From the NCBI GenBank assembly GCA_034780895.1, contig JAUZTB010000127.1, positions 66,379,231-66,443,230 of the forward strand: a DNA stretch of 64,000 bases. The letters run 5' to 3'. Position numbers and translations under genes: made by a program. The notes beneath the pieces were generated by a model, which made no database searches, had not been told where the DNA came from, and saw only the letters and a list, made by a program, of their open reading frames with translations. The DNA is from Rhynchobatus australiae (Eukaryota). This document shows, in pieces, positions 26,055-38,992 of this stretch. The first letter of the stretch is position 1. Every line of letters starts with the position of its first letter.

Positions 26055-27615
26055 AATATAAGATCATAGAGGACATTACTGAGGTATCCAGAATGCTAGT
26101 TTAACCACAGCCTGAGTACTGCATAAAAGTTCTGATCGCCGTGTTACAAGAAAGATGCAATTGCACTGGTGAAGGTGCTCAAGGGATTTGATGGTGTTTC
26201 CAACCCTCAAATGTTAGCTATAAAGCAAAGTTGATTAAGCTCAGGTTATTTCCTTTGGAAAGGAGAAGGGGGGGTGGGGGGGGGAGACAATTTTATACAC
26301 TTCAATTATGAAGGACCTAGGTAAAGCAAATAGAAAAGAAAGAAAACACAGGACATAAAGTAATTGGTACAAAAAATTAGAGATCTGGAAATTTTTCCAG
26401 AGAGCAATGAGGCCGACCTGACAGGTTGGAAGAAGAAGAAACTATCATCACATTTAGAAAGTTCTTGGATGTGTAGTTCAAGAACACAATGGGAGCGAGG
26501 GTAGGCAACTTGGCCCTTCAAACCTGCTGTTCTATTTAACATGATCATGGCTAATTTGCCAAGGTCTCAAGTCCTGTTCTGTGCCACCCAGAATAGCTCT
26601 CAATTCCCTAATCTCTCAAAAATTCATCTACCTCCTCATTAAATAGCTCCAGTGTTCTTGCCTCCACAGTGCTCCAGGGTTGACAATTCCAGGGAATCAT
26701 CACCCTCAGTGAGAAGAAATTCCTATGTACCTTAGTTTTAAATGACTGGCCTCTAATCTTGTAACTATGGCCCTTTTGATCATGATTTTTCCACTTGAGG
26801 AAATATCTCGACAACTGTAACACTTCATTCTGCATTATGTTATTGTTTTCCCTTGCACTACCTTAATACCCAGATGTGATGAAATGATCTGTTGGATGGC
26901 ATGCAAAACGAAGTTTTTCACTGTACCTTAGTACATGTGATAACAATAAAAGAATTTACCAATTTACGTCTACGATACTGTGCCGTCGAAGGATCTGTGT
27001 TTCAACTTGATCATCTTTCTGAACTCCAGTGTATATAGATCTAACTTTTTTTTAGCTAATTATGCTAGGACAGCCATCTCATCCTAGGTATCAGCATAGT
27101 AAATCTCTTCTGATCTGCTTCCAGTGCCAGTATATCTTTCAAGTAAGGAGACCAAAGCTATATATACTGCTCTAGCCTTCACTGCACGCTATACAATTGT
27201 AACAATAATTCCCTATTTCTAAACTCTAAAATCCTTGCAATGAAGACCAATATGCCACTTGCCTTCCTAACAACTTACTGCACTTGTCTACTAACTTTTT
27301 TGTGTTTCACACATAGTAAAACCTAGATCCCACTGTACTCTCTCTCTCCATTTAGATAAGTCTACCTTTTGATTCCTCTTACGGAAGTACATGATGACAC
27401 ACTTTCCTACATTAAACGCATTTGCCAAGTTTTCGCCCACTTATGCAACATCCTGTTGCAGAGTCCAAATATCATAATTGCAGCTTGCCCTCTCACCTAG
27501 AACTGTGAATTGCAGGGCTACAGACCAAGTGCTGGAAAGTGGGATTAAGCTCAATAATATTTTCAACTGACACAGATATGATGGATTAAATGCCGCTTGT
27601 ATTGAGAACTTTCAA
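26055..27615. mobile_element. Nested LINE cluster: + CR1 (26055-26485, resuming 27499-27615) containing a - CR1 (~26486-27498), which contains a Rex/Babar 3' tail (~26814-26966)
   Basis: The host CR1 3' sequence reads through after removing the inserts, and agaac is repeated at 26481-26485 and 27499-27503. The inner insert resembles 49210-49360. Confidence 0.75.
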
Positions 27616-27938
27616 TGGGCTCCCTTGAGGAGCCACATATCCACTAAAAAGAATAATCTTTCCATTGATAGTAATGAGATCTTTTGGCTTTAAAGGGACA
27701 GGCATGTTTAGATACCTCCCTACCCAGAACAATAAAGTATACATCACTTACCTTAATCCAAACAGTTTGGCAAGAAGCTCATTAAGTGTAGGATCATCAT
27801 TACTACAGTACAGCGCACTACCAGCTTTGGGAATGGTAGGAATGATGGTAAGGTAATTCAGGATGTAGGGTGCAGTTGATGGAAAGTTTTTTTTGAAGAT
27901 TTTGAATGCTGAACAAATTGGAAAACTTCATAGTTCTA

Positions 27939-28166
27939 GGAAAAATGGAGCCATGCTGATTCTTCATGGAATGATCTAGCCACTACTCTGCTTCTTTCAC
28001 TGCAGAGNNNNNNNNNNNNNNNNNNNNNNNNNNNNNNNNNNNNNNNNNNNNNNNNNNNNNNNNNNNNNNNNNNNNNNNNNNNNNNNNNNNNNNNNNNNNN
28101 NNNNNNNTTCTTTCACTGCAGAGTGGCTAGATCATTCCATGAAGAATCAGCATGGCTCCATTTTCC
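27939..28166. repeat. Near-perfect inverted repeat split by a 100-N gap with overlapping flanks
   Basis: aaaatggagccatgctgattcttcatggaatgatctagccact on the left is the exact reverse complement of the sequence right of the gap. ttctttcactgcagag is present on both gap flanks. Confidence 0.9.
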
Positions 28167-28529
28167 ACCAGTTAAATTTGATATCCCTGACTGACTTTGC
28201 ACCATCCCCACAACAGGTCATCATAGTCTCTGTTTGGGGAAGGAAGCTTTTCTTGCATTCCTTTATGTATTTTTCACCCATCTCTTTAAATAAATCTGTT
28301 CTGGACTTGAAGTATTCATTAATGGGAACATCTTTCTACTTCCCTTATCTAAAGCCTTCATGGTTTTAGTTTTGTACACCACCATGAGATCTCTTTTTAA
28401 TCTCTGTTTCATGGACTTTGTAGCTGAAATTCATCTTCCCTTGATCATTCTGGGTCTCTGAAAATGTAAAGCAAATAAGTGGTTTATCCCTATCCAGTTA
28501 TTCAAAGTAATTGATTTTTATTTCTGCAG

Positions 28530-28668
28530 TGAGAATTGATCAGAGTCCCATGTCCCCAATGGAGACCAAAACTGACAGTGAGGAAGATGATGACTCCCCT
28601 AACATATCCTTCGACGGTGTTCATGAGAGCAACTCTGCCATTCTCAACATGTCAGGGGCAATGAGAGA
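28530..28668 (+). CDS. KLF8: KLF8-like coding exon B (139 nt, phase 1 to phase 2; not in ORF track)
   Basis: Acceptor tttttatttctgcag and donor GA|gtaagt. In frame with exon A it reads VRIDQSPMSPMETKTDSEEDDDSPNISFDGVHESNSAILNMSGAMR(D), resembling the SP/DSE(D) acidic linker exon of KLF8/KLF12. Phases match both neighbouring exons. Confidence 0.9.
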
Positions 28669-31600
28669 GTAAGTATTGACATTGCTGTTTTGATGGTCTT
28701 GGCTCTCCTTCTGAGTATTTTGTGCTGCCTGAATTAATTTGTACGTATTGTCATATAATCTCGTCTGTCATGAACGTGTATTTTCCACCAGCTGGGCAGT
28801 GCATTGTTTTTGGATCTGTTGGTAGGTTTTATTAACTAGAAACAAAGTGGTCACCTCGTTTGGAGCCCAAAAGAGCATCAAACCCTTTGAGCGTAACTAG
28901 CTTCTATATGGGTACAACTACTTGGAAATCACAGTCATTTTTGTAAATATCTTGTTTGAGAATTCACTGTTTGGAGAAAATCCCCAATAATGTGTGCCCA
29001 GTGGGTTGAGAACCATGACTGATGTGACTGAGTGGTGTTACTTGCTTCCATTTCCGTAGGGAGGACTCGGTTTGGCCTATTGATCCGTCTCGGCTGCTGG
29101 ATGATCCATATGGGTGAGTGTTTAAGCCAGTTTGTGAAGAGAACAGCCAAGAGTGGTGGTTGTTTTGTTGTGTGTCTCTGTAATAAACATGGAGATAACC
29201 CATGGTAGTTGGCAAAAGTAACCAATAGTGGTGGACATTGGTAAACAGGTCGAGTTGCTGGGTCCAACAGTTGAGCTGGGCAAACTCATTATAAGTCAGT
29301 GCACCGAGACTTAGTATTTTACTTAGAGTCTGTTTACCTGATCTGAGCCTGACAGGCCCCAAATCTGTCCTTGGGCTTGGGTCAGGTTCAGACTGGCTGT
29401 GGTTGGGTCAGGTTTTAATGCTGCTTTTCCAGCAGATCTCTAGTCCTTGCCACTTATTGTCGCAGTAGTGAAATAATTCCTGGGGACAAATATCCTGAGA
29501 GGGCAACCAAGCAGAGAAATTATGGGCACAATAAGAGATCAAATAGCATTGAGTCTTAGAGTTTATAGATTCATATAGCACAGAAACAGGCCTTTTTGCC
29601 CACCATGTCCATGCTGACCATTGTACTTATCTATACGAATCCCATTTACTAGCAGAAAGGAGCAACTTCCTTCATCAATTTGTCTCAAATTATTCCTGAC
29701 TGTGGCAAGCGGAGAAACAAGCTGTTTGTAATCTGCAGCTTCACTGGTTCAGGGAAGAATAAAGCAGTTGGGGTTCTTGTCCCTGCAAGTCCCTGTGTAC
29801 AAAAATGAGAATGGCTGGCCCATCATGTATTGGCCATCAGGTGACATTCCTGTGACCCCAACAGTGGTGACTATGGAGAAGAGTGCTGGATAGCAACTTC
29901 CACGCATAGAACCACATCTGAGCAAGGAATCCATACTTCTAGAACAGAAGGGAAGAAAACTGGAGCAAAAGTCCAAAATAATGAGATTTCATTGGATAGT
30001 AGTTGCTCTTGGCAAAGTTCTGTCCTAATTTTAAGAGCATGAAATGTTTCTGCATAAGGTTTAGAACATCTTTTTATGGATTACTCACAGCTTGGAGTTT
30101 TATTTTGGTCACTTATACCTCTCATGGTGACGGTGCTTAGGTATTGAACTGATTCATGAATACTTGGTAGCACTAGTTCCATTGTGGTGAAATTAAGGCA
30201 GCTTCACTAATATTTCACTGACACCATAGGGTTAGGGTTAAATTATCAGATTTCCGCTACCCCTTGTGTGAAGAAGTGCTCCTAGCCTCTGTCCAGCCCA
30301 TCCAGCTTGGCAGTCAAATTGACTTTGCCCTCTCGCACCGNNNNNNNNNNNNNNNNNNNNNNNNNNNNNNNNNNNNNNNNNNNNNNNNNNNNNNNNNNNN
30401 NNNNNNNNNNNNNNNNNNNNNNNNNNNNNNNNNNNCTGCGATTTTTGGAATAAATTTAGATATCTGAATTAAAATAAAACATCACAGCTAGACGACTTAG
30501 CCATCTTGGGGCTCTAGTGACTGCGTCAGCCCACTGGCATAGTGCTTACTCCTGAAGAGTTATTGTTCAGTTTCTGCAGTGAGTCTGCATGCGATGCTGC
30601 TTGCCTTGTCCAGTTGATCAGCGCTGGCTTGCCACGCCTTGCCACAGAGTAACAGGCCCCCATTATGAAGTCACAGTGCACCACACCCACTTGCTGAACC
30701 AGGTCACACAGCAGCACAGTTGTTCAGAAAGCCGTGTCACATTGCACCACGTCTGAGAATAATGCATGCACTTGTGTCAAAGACCGTAAAGACAAGGCTC
30801 TGCAGTTTTAAGCCAAATATAACTGAAAGCACGAATGAATGGGTTCCTTGAGAGTTCAATAATGGTTCAGAGCTACCTCTTGATCACTCATTCACAGACC
30901 TCCATTTCTATTTTTAGTGTTAGACAACAATTCTTCAGTCTACTAAGGCATCTTCTTCTGTTTTAATTAAGCGTGCTGTTCTGCATATTTCAGGTGAAAG
31001 TTTAAAGTTGTTTCAGATAATTTCTGTGGGTGAAACTGGTATGTGTGCTGTTTTCTTTTTCCTTGTAAATTGAAGTAAAAGAGGCCATCATTCCAAAACT
31101 GAAACCAGTTCAAGAGTTGACAAACTGCCCACACCTACAAGAGAAGGAGGAAAGGCAATGTTAGCAAATTCCTCCTAAATGATAAAGGCTTCCTGAATTA
31201 ACGGGTTACACAAGCATCCATCTGTATTCAGCTTTAGCTATGAGCAGCAAAACATCAGGAAGGAGTTTGCTGGCCAATTTGCTTCAGAAGGATGTTAGTC
31301 TGTTTGCCAACTGTACACTGCAGTTGATTTACTCATGTCCTACAGTGTACTAAAATTTCTCAGTAGAACACTTCACTGCCCCCTGTTGGTGGTGTAATTT
31401 CAGGTCACTAAAGACCGATGATTTTATAAATATAAATGCCTAGTAACTGAATTGGTGCAGTGAAGTCTTTCTGTGTTTAGTACCAATGCCCAATTGGCAT
31501 CCTCCCCTACAAAAAAAATGAAATTGGCAATTGAAGCAGAATTAACTGGTTGACATACAGCACGAAAGGAGGATCTGTGTGAATCCTAATGGATCGTCAC

Positions 31601-31719
31601 CTGATTTTGTGCATCTCCCTTTGTTTTGCAACCAGAGATGTGTGCTAGCCCTTAAAGACACACACTTCCCGTGGCAGCCACACAACCGCAATAGATTGAG
31701 CCATGGAGGAACGAGCAAG

Positions 31720-33250
31720 TCAGCATTCTTCCTTCTGTTTCTCCTACTCCTTCAGCCCAACAGGCTCTACCTGGGGTTCCAGGTGTCCTTGTTGCACTTC
31801 TTTAAGCAGGCAAGGTTGCGCAACATGCAACAAATGTCAGTGAAGTTTCCACATCTGCTTGGTGTACACAGACTGGTGCAGGCAAGAGAATCTCGCCTTC
31901 AGGAAACCAAAGGCATTCTCAACCATGATCATAATTGCATGGTTCTCATCATATGTGCAGTCAACTGCTTGGTTGAAGAGTGCACTGATGTAAAAAATCA
32001 GGAAGATAGAGAATAGGCTTTATTCCCATTATCCATCCTTCCAGGTAGTGCTGGCTGCTTTAATGTCCAGTAATCTGAACTCCCTGAGGATGAAGAAGAT
32101 GTGTACTTCCTGGAAAGATGGAATCTGTTCCTAAGAAATTTCACCTCATGATCCTCAAGGGCCTTCACATTGAGGAAGTGGAAAACTTTCCTGTTCTAAC
32201 AATGGTTAAGGTTATTAAAGACCATCTTTATGGGCATGTGCATGCAGTCAATGACTGCCTACAGTTATGGGAAACCAACAATGCCGACAAATCCCCAGTG
32301 CCCGAAATGCACTTTTTCCTCACTGAAATCAAAATAAAGTAAATCATTGCTTCATGTATGCATTGTCTTTGTGACTTATCTGATGTAACAAAGAATAGCA
32401 AATTGGGACATAATAAAGAGCTGCCTGCAACGATCCTCTTGCTGATAGAGTTGAGTATCAATATGACCTTGACCTCCATTGAGAGAGCATTTCTGGTACA
32501 AGATCATGGCCAAAGATTTTCCTATAGAAGGTCACATATCTTGCTAATGACAACTGTGAAAAACTGAGCCTGTACTTAGATTGTTCATCAGAGAAGTCCA
32601 GGCATTATATGGTGTCTCTGAAGACTCTCTGACCCTTCAGTGATGGAAATGTCTTTGCCTTCTGCCCTGAGATACCCAGTTTACCTTGAGTGACCAGTTA
32701 TGGTCATTACAATGCCTCATTAACAAAGTATTGTCAGAAATACCACCTCTGAGGAACTATTAACTCTGTATCCCAGCAGTGAATTACTGGAAAATACACC
32801 CTTTGTTACTTTTAGCACACTCAATGGATTTTGGAAGGTATCTGATGTACAATCAACATCTTGCCCCCATCTCCCAGTGTCAGCAGTGCCATACTTTTAA
32901 TGAGGAGGAATGCAACAAGCTAGCACAATGTGCTCCAGGATTGAGTGGGATTGTTTCATAATGGTCATAAATAGTATGGAACTTTCTGCTTCTTTGTTGG
33001 GACAGATGGGAAGTGCTTTTTCCAAACAATGGCATCATTAGTTGTGTGCCTGACACTGGAAAATTGTCAGCCTAGCTAACATAAATAGCGTATCCATCCA
33101 TGGACAGTCATATCCAGCAAGGGACTTCAGTCTCTTGATACCTGTAATTGAACAAATGATCTGCCTTCCACAGTATTCTGAGACGGCCATTGATGTGGCT
33201 GGCCTGGTACAGATACATTTGGCACTGAGGTGGCGGGGGTACCTTTCTGG
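31720..33250 (-). mobile_element. PIF/Harbinger DNA transposon transposase fossil
   Basis: Minus-strand motifs in the expected order: MEVKVILILN (~32450-32479), GFP*L*AVIDCMHMPIK (D at 32247-32249), NRKVFH/LNV (~32165-32195), GWIMGNKAY (~32015-32040), YDENHA...VENAFGFLKARFSCL (E at 31918-31920), CCMLRNLA (~31810-31832). These match the HARBI1-like DDE_Tnp_4 pattern. The 5' limit is uncertain. Confidence 0.8.
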
Positions 33251-34686
33251 CAGGAGTTGTCTCATTTAAATTTCTGAGTTACTGGATGGAAGCATTTTCC
33301 CTTGTTCAGAGTTAGTCGATGCAAGTGCCTGTTGATCTGAAAAGAGCCTCTTCTGAAAATGAGGGAGAAGAGAACAAAAATGATGAGAATGCAGACACTT
33401 AAATATAGATCTGCACCATCGTCCTGACAGGGGCTACATTATTTCATGAGGTTAGATCTTCTAAATGATCGGAATTCCAGTCTTTAATTCAGCTTGTGAA
33501 TCTTATCTTATGATGGGTCTTTTGTCAGAAACCAGTGTATGTATTTGAAGGTTCTTCTTTGCAACTATTTCAATTTTCCTTGGTTCTTAAAAACCAATTG
33601 AGATTATATTTAGTCATTGAGCTCTATAATACAGTAGCTGTGTGCGTTGGCTCCTGGGTTACAAAATTGTTTCAAGGGCACGGGACAAATTGTAGGTCAT
33701 CGTTCATTGGCGTCGTTCATCCATGGCCGAGAACTGGTGTCTTAGCGTTTTACTGGATTATCATAGAGGGGTTGGACAATATGTTGGTTTATCTTTAAAA
33801 ATTAAAAGCTGGAGATATTCAGCAGGCAGTCAACATCTGTGAAGCAAGAAAGAGTTAGTGTTTCAGAATCTGATGACAAAGCAGTAAGCATTAACCCTGA
33901 TGTGAAGGGTACTTTTAGCATGTTGTGTTTTCACTTCAGGAACTTTAGCACTTAAGTTTTGTACTATCTTTTTAAAAAAAGTTCTCTCTGTGGTTTATTG
34001 GCTTTCATTGCACAGAGGCAGAAAGTGTTGTGCTGGCACATGTGAAATTCTAAACCTCAGTGACCATTTGAGAGAAAAAAATGGTTGGAGTGATCCTTCT
34101 TCAGGAACATTTTCTCAGAGAACAAGTGTTTTTTGAGCCACTCAGAGATATGTTCACCCAATTATTGAAGCAAAATCTTAAAGCTATGGAACAAATGATT
34201 TATTGTCAGGTTTTCAGCATATTCTCATAGGTGCCTCTACACAATGGATTCACCTGGGACTGTAAGTTACCAAGATCAACCTCTGTTTTGTTTGTGACAA
34301 TGGTTACCTTTTTTCTTTCTCCTTTTCCTTTTCTTCTTTATTTGGAATTTCACACAAAATGCACAATCCTGTCCCACTGCATACTGTAAGTTCTGCTTTT
34401 GATCTGAAGGATCTGCTGCCTTTGTATTATTAATCATTTCTAGGTTTTCTTCTGTCTGTTGGTTTACCTATCCAATACCTAGGTAAGAACTATGCATGGC
34501 AGCTGGAAAGGGATGTAAGAATAGTTTGAAGAAATGAAAATGAAAAATAAAAGAAATAGGTTGATCTTGTATTTTTTAAAATCTTTGTGCTGGTATCTTT
34601 GAAATCAGTGATCAATAAGTCTTATTTTCATTTTGCCAAGTTAACCTTGCTGAGGCCTTGCATGTTGCCACAGGGCACTCTACCAG

Positions 34687-37440
34687 AACATAAGAAAATA
34701 GGCGCAGAAGTAGGTCATCAGCCCCGCTGTTCAATATAATCATTACCAGGATGTTGCATGGGGGCCTGAGTTACAAGAGAGGTTGTGTAGACTAGGACTT
34801 TATTCCCTGGAATGTAGGAGATTGAGGGGTGACCTGATAGAAGTATATAAGGTCATGAGGGGCATAGACAGGGTGAAAATACATAGTCTTTTGCTAGGGA
34901 GGGGGTGCTAAAAATCAAGAGGGCATAGGTTTAAGGTCAGAGGTGAGAGATTTAAAAGGGACATCAATGGCAGCTTCTTCATGTAAAGGGTGGTGCGTTT
35001 TTGGAATGAGCTGCTGGAAATAATGGTTGAGGTGGGTACATCAGCAAAATCTAAAAGCCATCTGGACAAGTACATGGATAGGAGAGGTTTAGAGGGCATT
35101 GGGCCAAATATAGTCAGATGGGACTAGTTCACTGGGCAACACAATTGGCATGGATGAATTGGGCTAAAGGGCTTGTTTCCATGCTGTATGACTCTATGAC
35201 CTATGCTGGCCTCAACTCTTCTGTGCCAGTTTACCATAACTCAGTTCCTCCATCTTCCAAATATATCTACTGATCTGGCCTCCACCAACCTCGGGGACAG
35301 AGGATTCCAGAGATTCACACCCTCTGTGAGAACAAATTTCTACACACCTGAGTTTTAAATGATCAACCCCTTATTTTACTCAGGTCCTCTTGTCTGTGAC
35401 TCCCGCTCATGAAAACATCTCAGCATCTACCCTGTCAAGCTCCCTTAGGATTTTACATGTTTGAATAAAGACCCCTCATTCCTCTAAACTCCAAGGAATA
35501 CAGACCCAAACTGTCAAGCCTCTTTTGATAGGACAGCACTCTCATCCCAGGAAATAACCTGATGAATCTTCTTTGGATTGCCTCCAGTGCTGTTATATTT
35601 ATTTTTAGGTAAGGGACAGAAACTCTACACAGTATTCTAGGTGTGACCTCACCAACACCCTGTTCAGCTGTAACAAAACCTCCCTTTTTTAAACTCCAAC
35701 CCTTTCACAATAATGGCCAACATGCTGTTTGCCTGATTAACAACTTGTTGGATCTGCCTGCTAACCTTTTGTGATTCCTGCACTAGAACACCTCAATTCC
35801 TTTGAATTTCGCTCACTTGCAGTCTTTTCATTTACATAATAATCTGCTTTTTGATTCCTCTTACTGAAGTGCATGACCTTGGCCTTCCCCACATTAACCT
35901 CCATTTGTCGGTTTTTTACCCAGTCACTCAATCTAACCATATCCCATTGAAGAATCACAATATCCTCATTACAACATGCCTTTCCACCTATTTTCGCATC
36001 ATTGGCAAACTTGGAAACCTTACATTTTATTCCGTCCTCCAGGTCATTAATGTAAATAGTAAACAATTGAGAGCCAAGAACTGATCCCTGGGGTACCCCA
36101 CTGGTTACATCCTTCCAACCTGAAAAGGACACACTTATTCCTATTCTTTTTTTCCTTTGTGACAGTCAGAACTCAATCCATGCTAAAACACTTCCTCCAA
36201 TACCTGGGCCTTTTAATTTACACACCAGCCTCCATGTCGCACTTTGTCAAATGCTTTTTGGTTATACACTACATCTACGGGTTCCTTTCTATCAACTATC
36301 TCTTTCACATCCTAAAAGAATTTGTGCAAATTTGTCAAATATGATTTACCTTTCATTAAACCCTGTTGTCTAGGTTTGATTATATTCAGTTTTCCTCAAT
36401 GATTAGTTGTTTCCTTTATGTTTATTGACTCTAACACCTTGATAACAATAGATGTTAAACTAAATGGTCTGTAGTTCCCTGTCTTCTATCTTCCTCTCTT
36501 TATGAACAAGGGAGTTACATTGGCCGTTTTCCAATCTTCCGATACTCTTCCAGAATTTAGTGACTTTTGGAAAAAAAAATTTCAACCGGTGGATCTGCTA
36601 TCTCTGCAGTCACTTCCTTTAAAACCTTTGGGTTCAGGCCATTGGGCCCTGGTGACTTGTCCGCCTTTAGCTCTGCAAATTCCTTTATCCTTTGTGGTTG
36701 AAATGTTTATATGTTCCTCCTTGTTATTTGAAATTAGCCCGTCTGTTATTTTAGGGATATTAGCAGTGTCCTATGCCTAAAAGAATGATGCAAAAATTGA
36801 TTTAGCATATCTATCATTTCCTTGCTTCCTGTTATTAATTCACCAGCCTCATTATGTAGAAGTACCACACCTGCCATAGCCCCCTTTTCCCTGTTGATAT
36901 ATCCATTGAACCTCTTTCTGTTTACTTTGATATTACACACATTTTCTCTCAAATTTTCTCCTTTCTTCAGAGCTTTTTAGTCTTTCACTGGTGGACCCTA
37001 AATGCCTCCAGCTTTTTGCCACCCTGCTTTTCAATTTGACGTTACCTTTGACTACCTCTGTTAACCACAGATTGTACTTCTTTCTCATGGAATCCCTCTT
37101 TGTAATTGGGATAAATTCCTGCTGAGTGTTATTGACAATCTATTTGAATACCTGCCACTGTTCATCTACTGACCTGACTCTTAGCTTATTTTTGTGAACT
37201 ATTTTAGACAACTCCTCCTTCATACTATTATAATTGCCCTTATTTGAGTTGAAGACAGCGAGTTTAGTCCTGTGGAGTTCATCCTCAAATTGCATCTGGA
37301 ATTTTATCATATGGTCACTACCTCCGAGTGGATTATTAACCAAAAAATCTCTTATTAATTCTTCATCATTACACATGACCATATCTAAACCTGCATGCTG
37401 GTTAGATCTACACAGATTGGTTTACAAATTATTGTGAATA
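34687..37440 (-). mobile_element. Long degenerate CR1 LINE (ORF2 endonuclease C-terminus, RT and 3' UTR)
   Basis: The ORF track shows FSGWKDVTSGVPQGSVLGSQLFTIYINDL...SKFANDAKIGG (35761-36132), KRFNGYINR (36746-36952) and NPLGGSDHMIKF (37140-37382). The 3' tail agaacataagaaaatagg lies at ~34686. Confidence 0.93.
34746..35199 (+). mobile_element. 5'-truncated CR1 of a second family inserted into the 3' UTR of the minus-strand CR1
   Basis: accaggatgttgc...gggtgacctgatagaagtatataag...tccatgctgtatgactctatgac resembles 57070-57523; the host sequence continues on both sides. Confidence 0.88.
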
Positions 37441-37704
37441 CATTCCATGAACTTGTCTTTGAGACTACCTTTGCTAATCTCAGTTGCCCAGTTTAATCTC
37501 ACAGTAAAGAATCTGCTGGAGAAAATGATCAAATTTCACTTTCAAGCTGAATTTTAAATCCTAAACTTGAAATGGGTCTTAAGGCAATTTACGTAGGTGG
37601 GAGCGATGGGTTGGCTCAAGTGGATTAACAGACATGGCAGTAGATAAACCTGAACTTTGGTCAGAGTGCTGCATACACTTCTGGTCATGATTGTAGTCTT
37701 CTAG

Positions 37705-37892
37705 AGAGATACCACATGGAACAGGCTCCTCAGCCCATCCAGTCCGTGCTGACCATCAGCCACTTACTTACATTAGAAACATAGAAGAACTACAGCACAA
37801 CTCAGGCCCTTCAGCCTGAACATGTCCCTACCCTAGAAATTACTACGCTTACCCATAGCCCTCTATTTTACTTAGCTCCATGTACCTATCTA
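37705..37892 (-). mobile_element. Two CR1/SINE 3' tails abutting a gap
   Basis: catggaacaggctcctcagcccatccagtccgtgctgacc and agaaacatagaagaactacagcacaactcaggcccttcagcc. Confidence 0.65.
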
Positions 37893-38119
37893 NNNNNNNN
37901 NNNNNNNNNNNNNNNNNNNNNNNNNNNNNNNNNNNNNNNNNNNNNNNNNNNNNNNNNNNNNNNNNNNNNNNNNNNNNNNNNNNNNNNNNNNNNNNNNNNN
38001 NNNNNNNNNNNNNNNNNNNNNNAATCCCACCCCCCCCCCCACCTCATTATCCTGTGCCAACTTTTTATTATTTCCTCTTGATTTATTAAAAATCCCATTC
38101 TTGGAGACCACCCCTCTCC

Positions 38120-38370
38120 TCTTTAGTTTAAAGCATTGTCTACAACCCTATTTTTTGCTATTCACTAGGGTACTGGTCCCAGCATGATTCACGTGAAGCT
38201 CATCCCAAATAAACAGCTCTTTCCTTCCCCACTATTGGTGCCAGTGTCCCATGAATCAGAATCATTTCTACCTCACTGTGCTTTGAACCACACATTTATC
38301 TCCCTAATCCTATTTACTTGTTACCTGAGCCACATGCAAATTGGTAGTAATCTGGAGATTATCACTGCTC
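38120..38370 (-). mobile_element. CR1 ORF1 (SGNH esterase-like) C-terminal fragment
   Basis: Minus strand gives VIISRLLP...NRIREINVWFK... and a degenerate (DG)LHVNHAGTSTL segment, the typical end of CR1 ORF1. It lies upstream of, and on the same strand as, the 34687-37440 ORF2. Confidence 0.7.
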
Positions 38371-38414
38371 CTGTTGATAACGTTTATGCTAATGTTTAAA
38401 TTTAAATTTTATTT

Positions 38415-38562
38415 ACAGCGTGGTGACAAGCCCTTTCAGCCCAATGAGTCCGCGCCACCTAATTTAAACCCATATTAACCTACTCGTACGTCTTTGGCAT
38501 GTGGGAGGAAACCGAAGCACCCGGAAGAAATTCACGCAGACACGGGAGAACGTACAAACTCT
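38415..38562 (-). mobile_element. V-SINE fragment
   Basis: tgtgggaggaaaccgaagcacccggaagaaattcacgcagacacgggagaacgtacaaactc is the V-SINE central domain; it is shared with the copies at 2461 and 45483. Confidence 0.8.
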
Positions 38563-38992
38563 TAAAATTCTTTACCATTGGCATCACTGCTTGGAAGAAT
38601 GTTTGTGCTACTGTAGTCCTGTCTGAGTTCAGTGACCCAAAATTAAAAACTGTGTAAATTCTCCCCTTTTCACTGGGAGCAGGAACAGCCCTTAACTCAG
38701 CTGACAGTGTGTGGAGAAAATAACAGACATGGTGCAGATTTTATCTTCCTACCTGATGGTAGGAAGACTCAAATGAGACTTGAAGAAATCTTCCACATAC
38801 AATATTATCATTCTTGGCAGATTCTTCTGGTCCTCCAGGGAAAGCAGTGTGCAGCAGCATGACATGATGTGGGAATGTTATTGCGTTCATGTTTTTATTT
38901 TAATTAAAGTTGTTTTTATTATTTGGTCATCCATGTGTGTATATATTTGAATATTTCTAACTTATGTAACCTGTGCCTCTTGCCTCTTGTAG

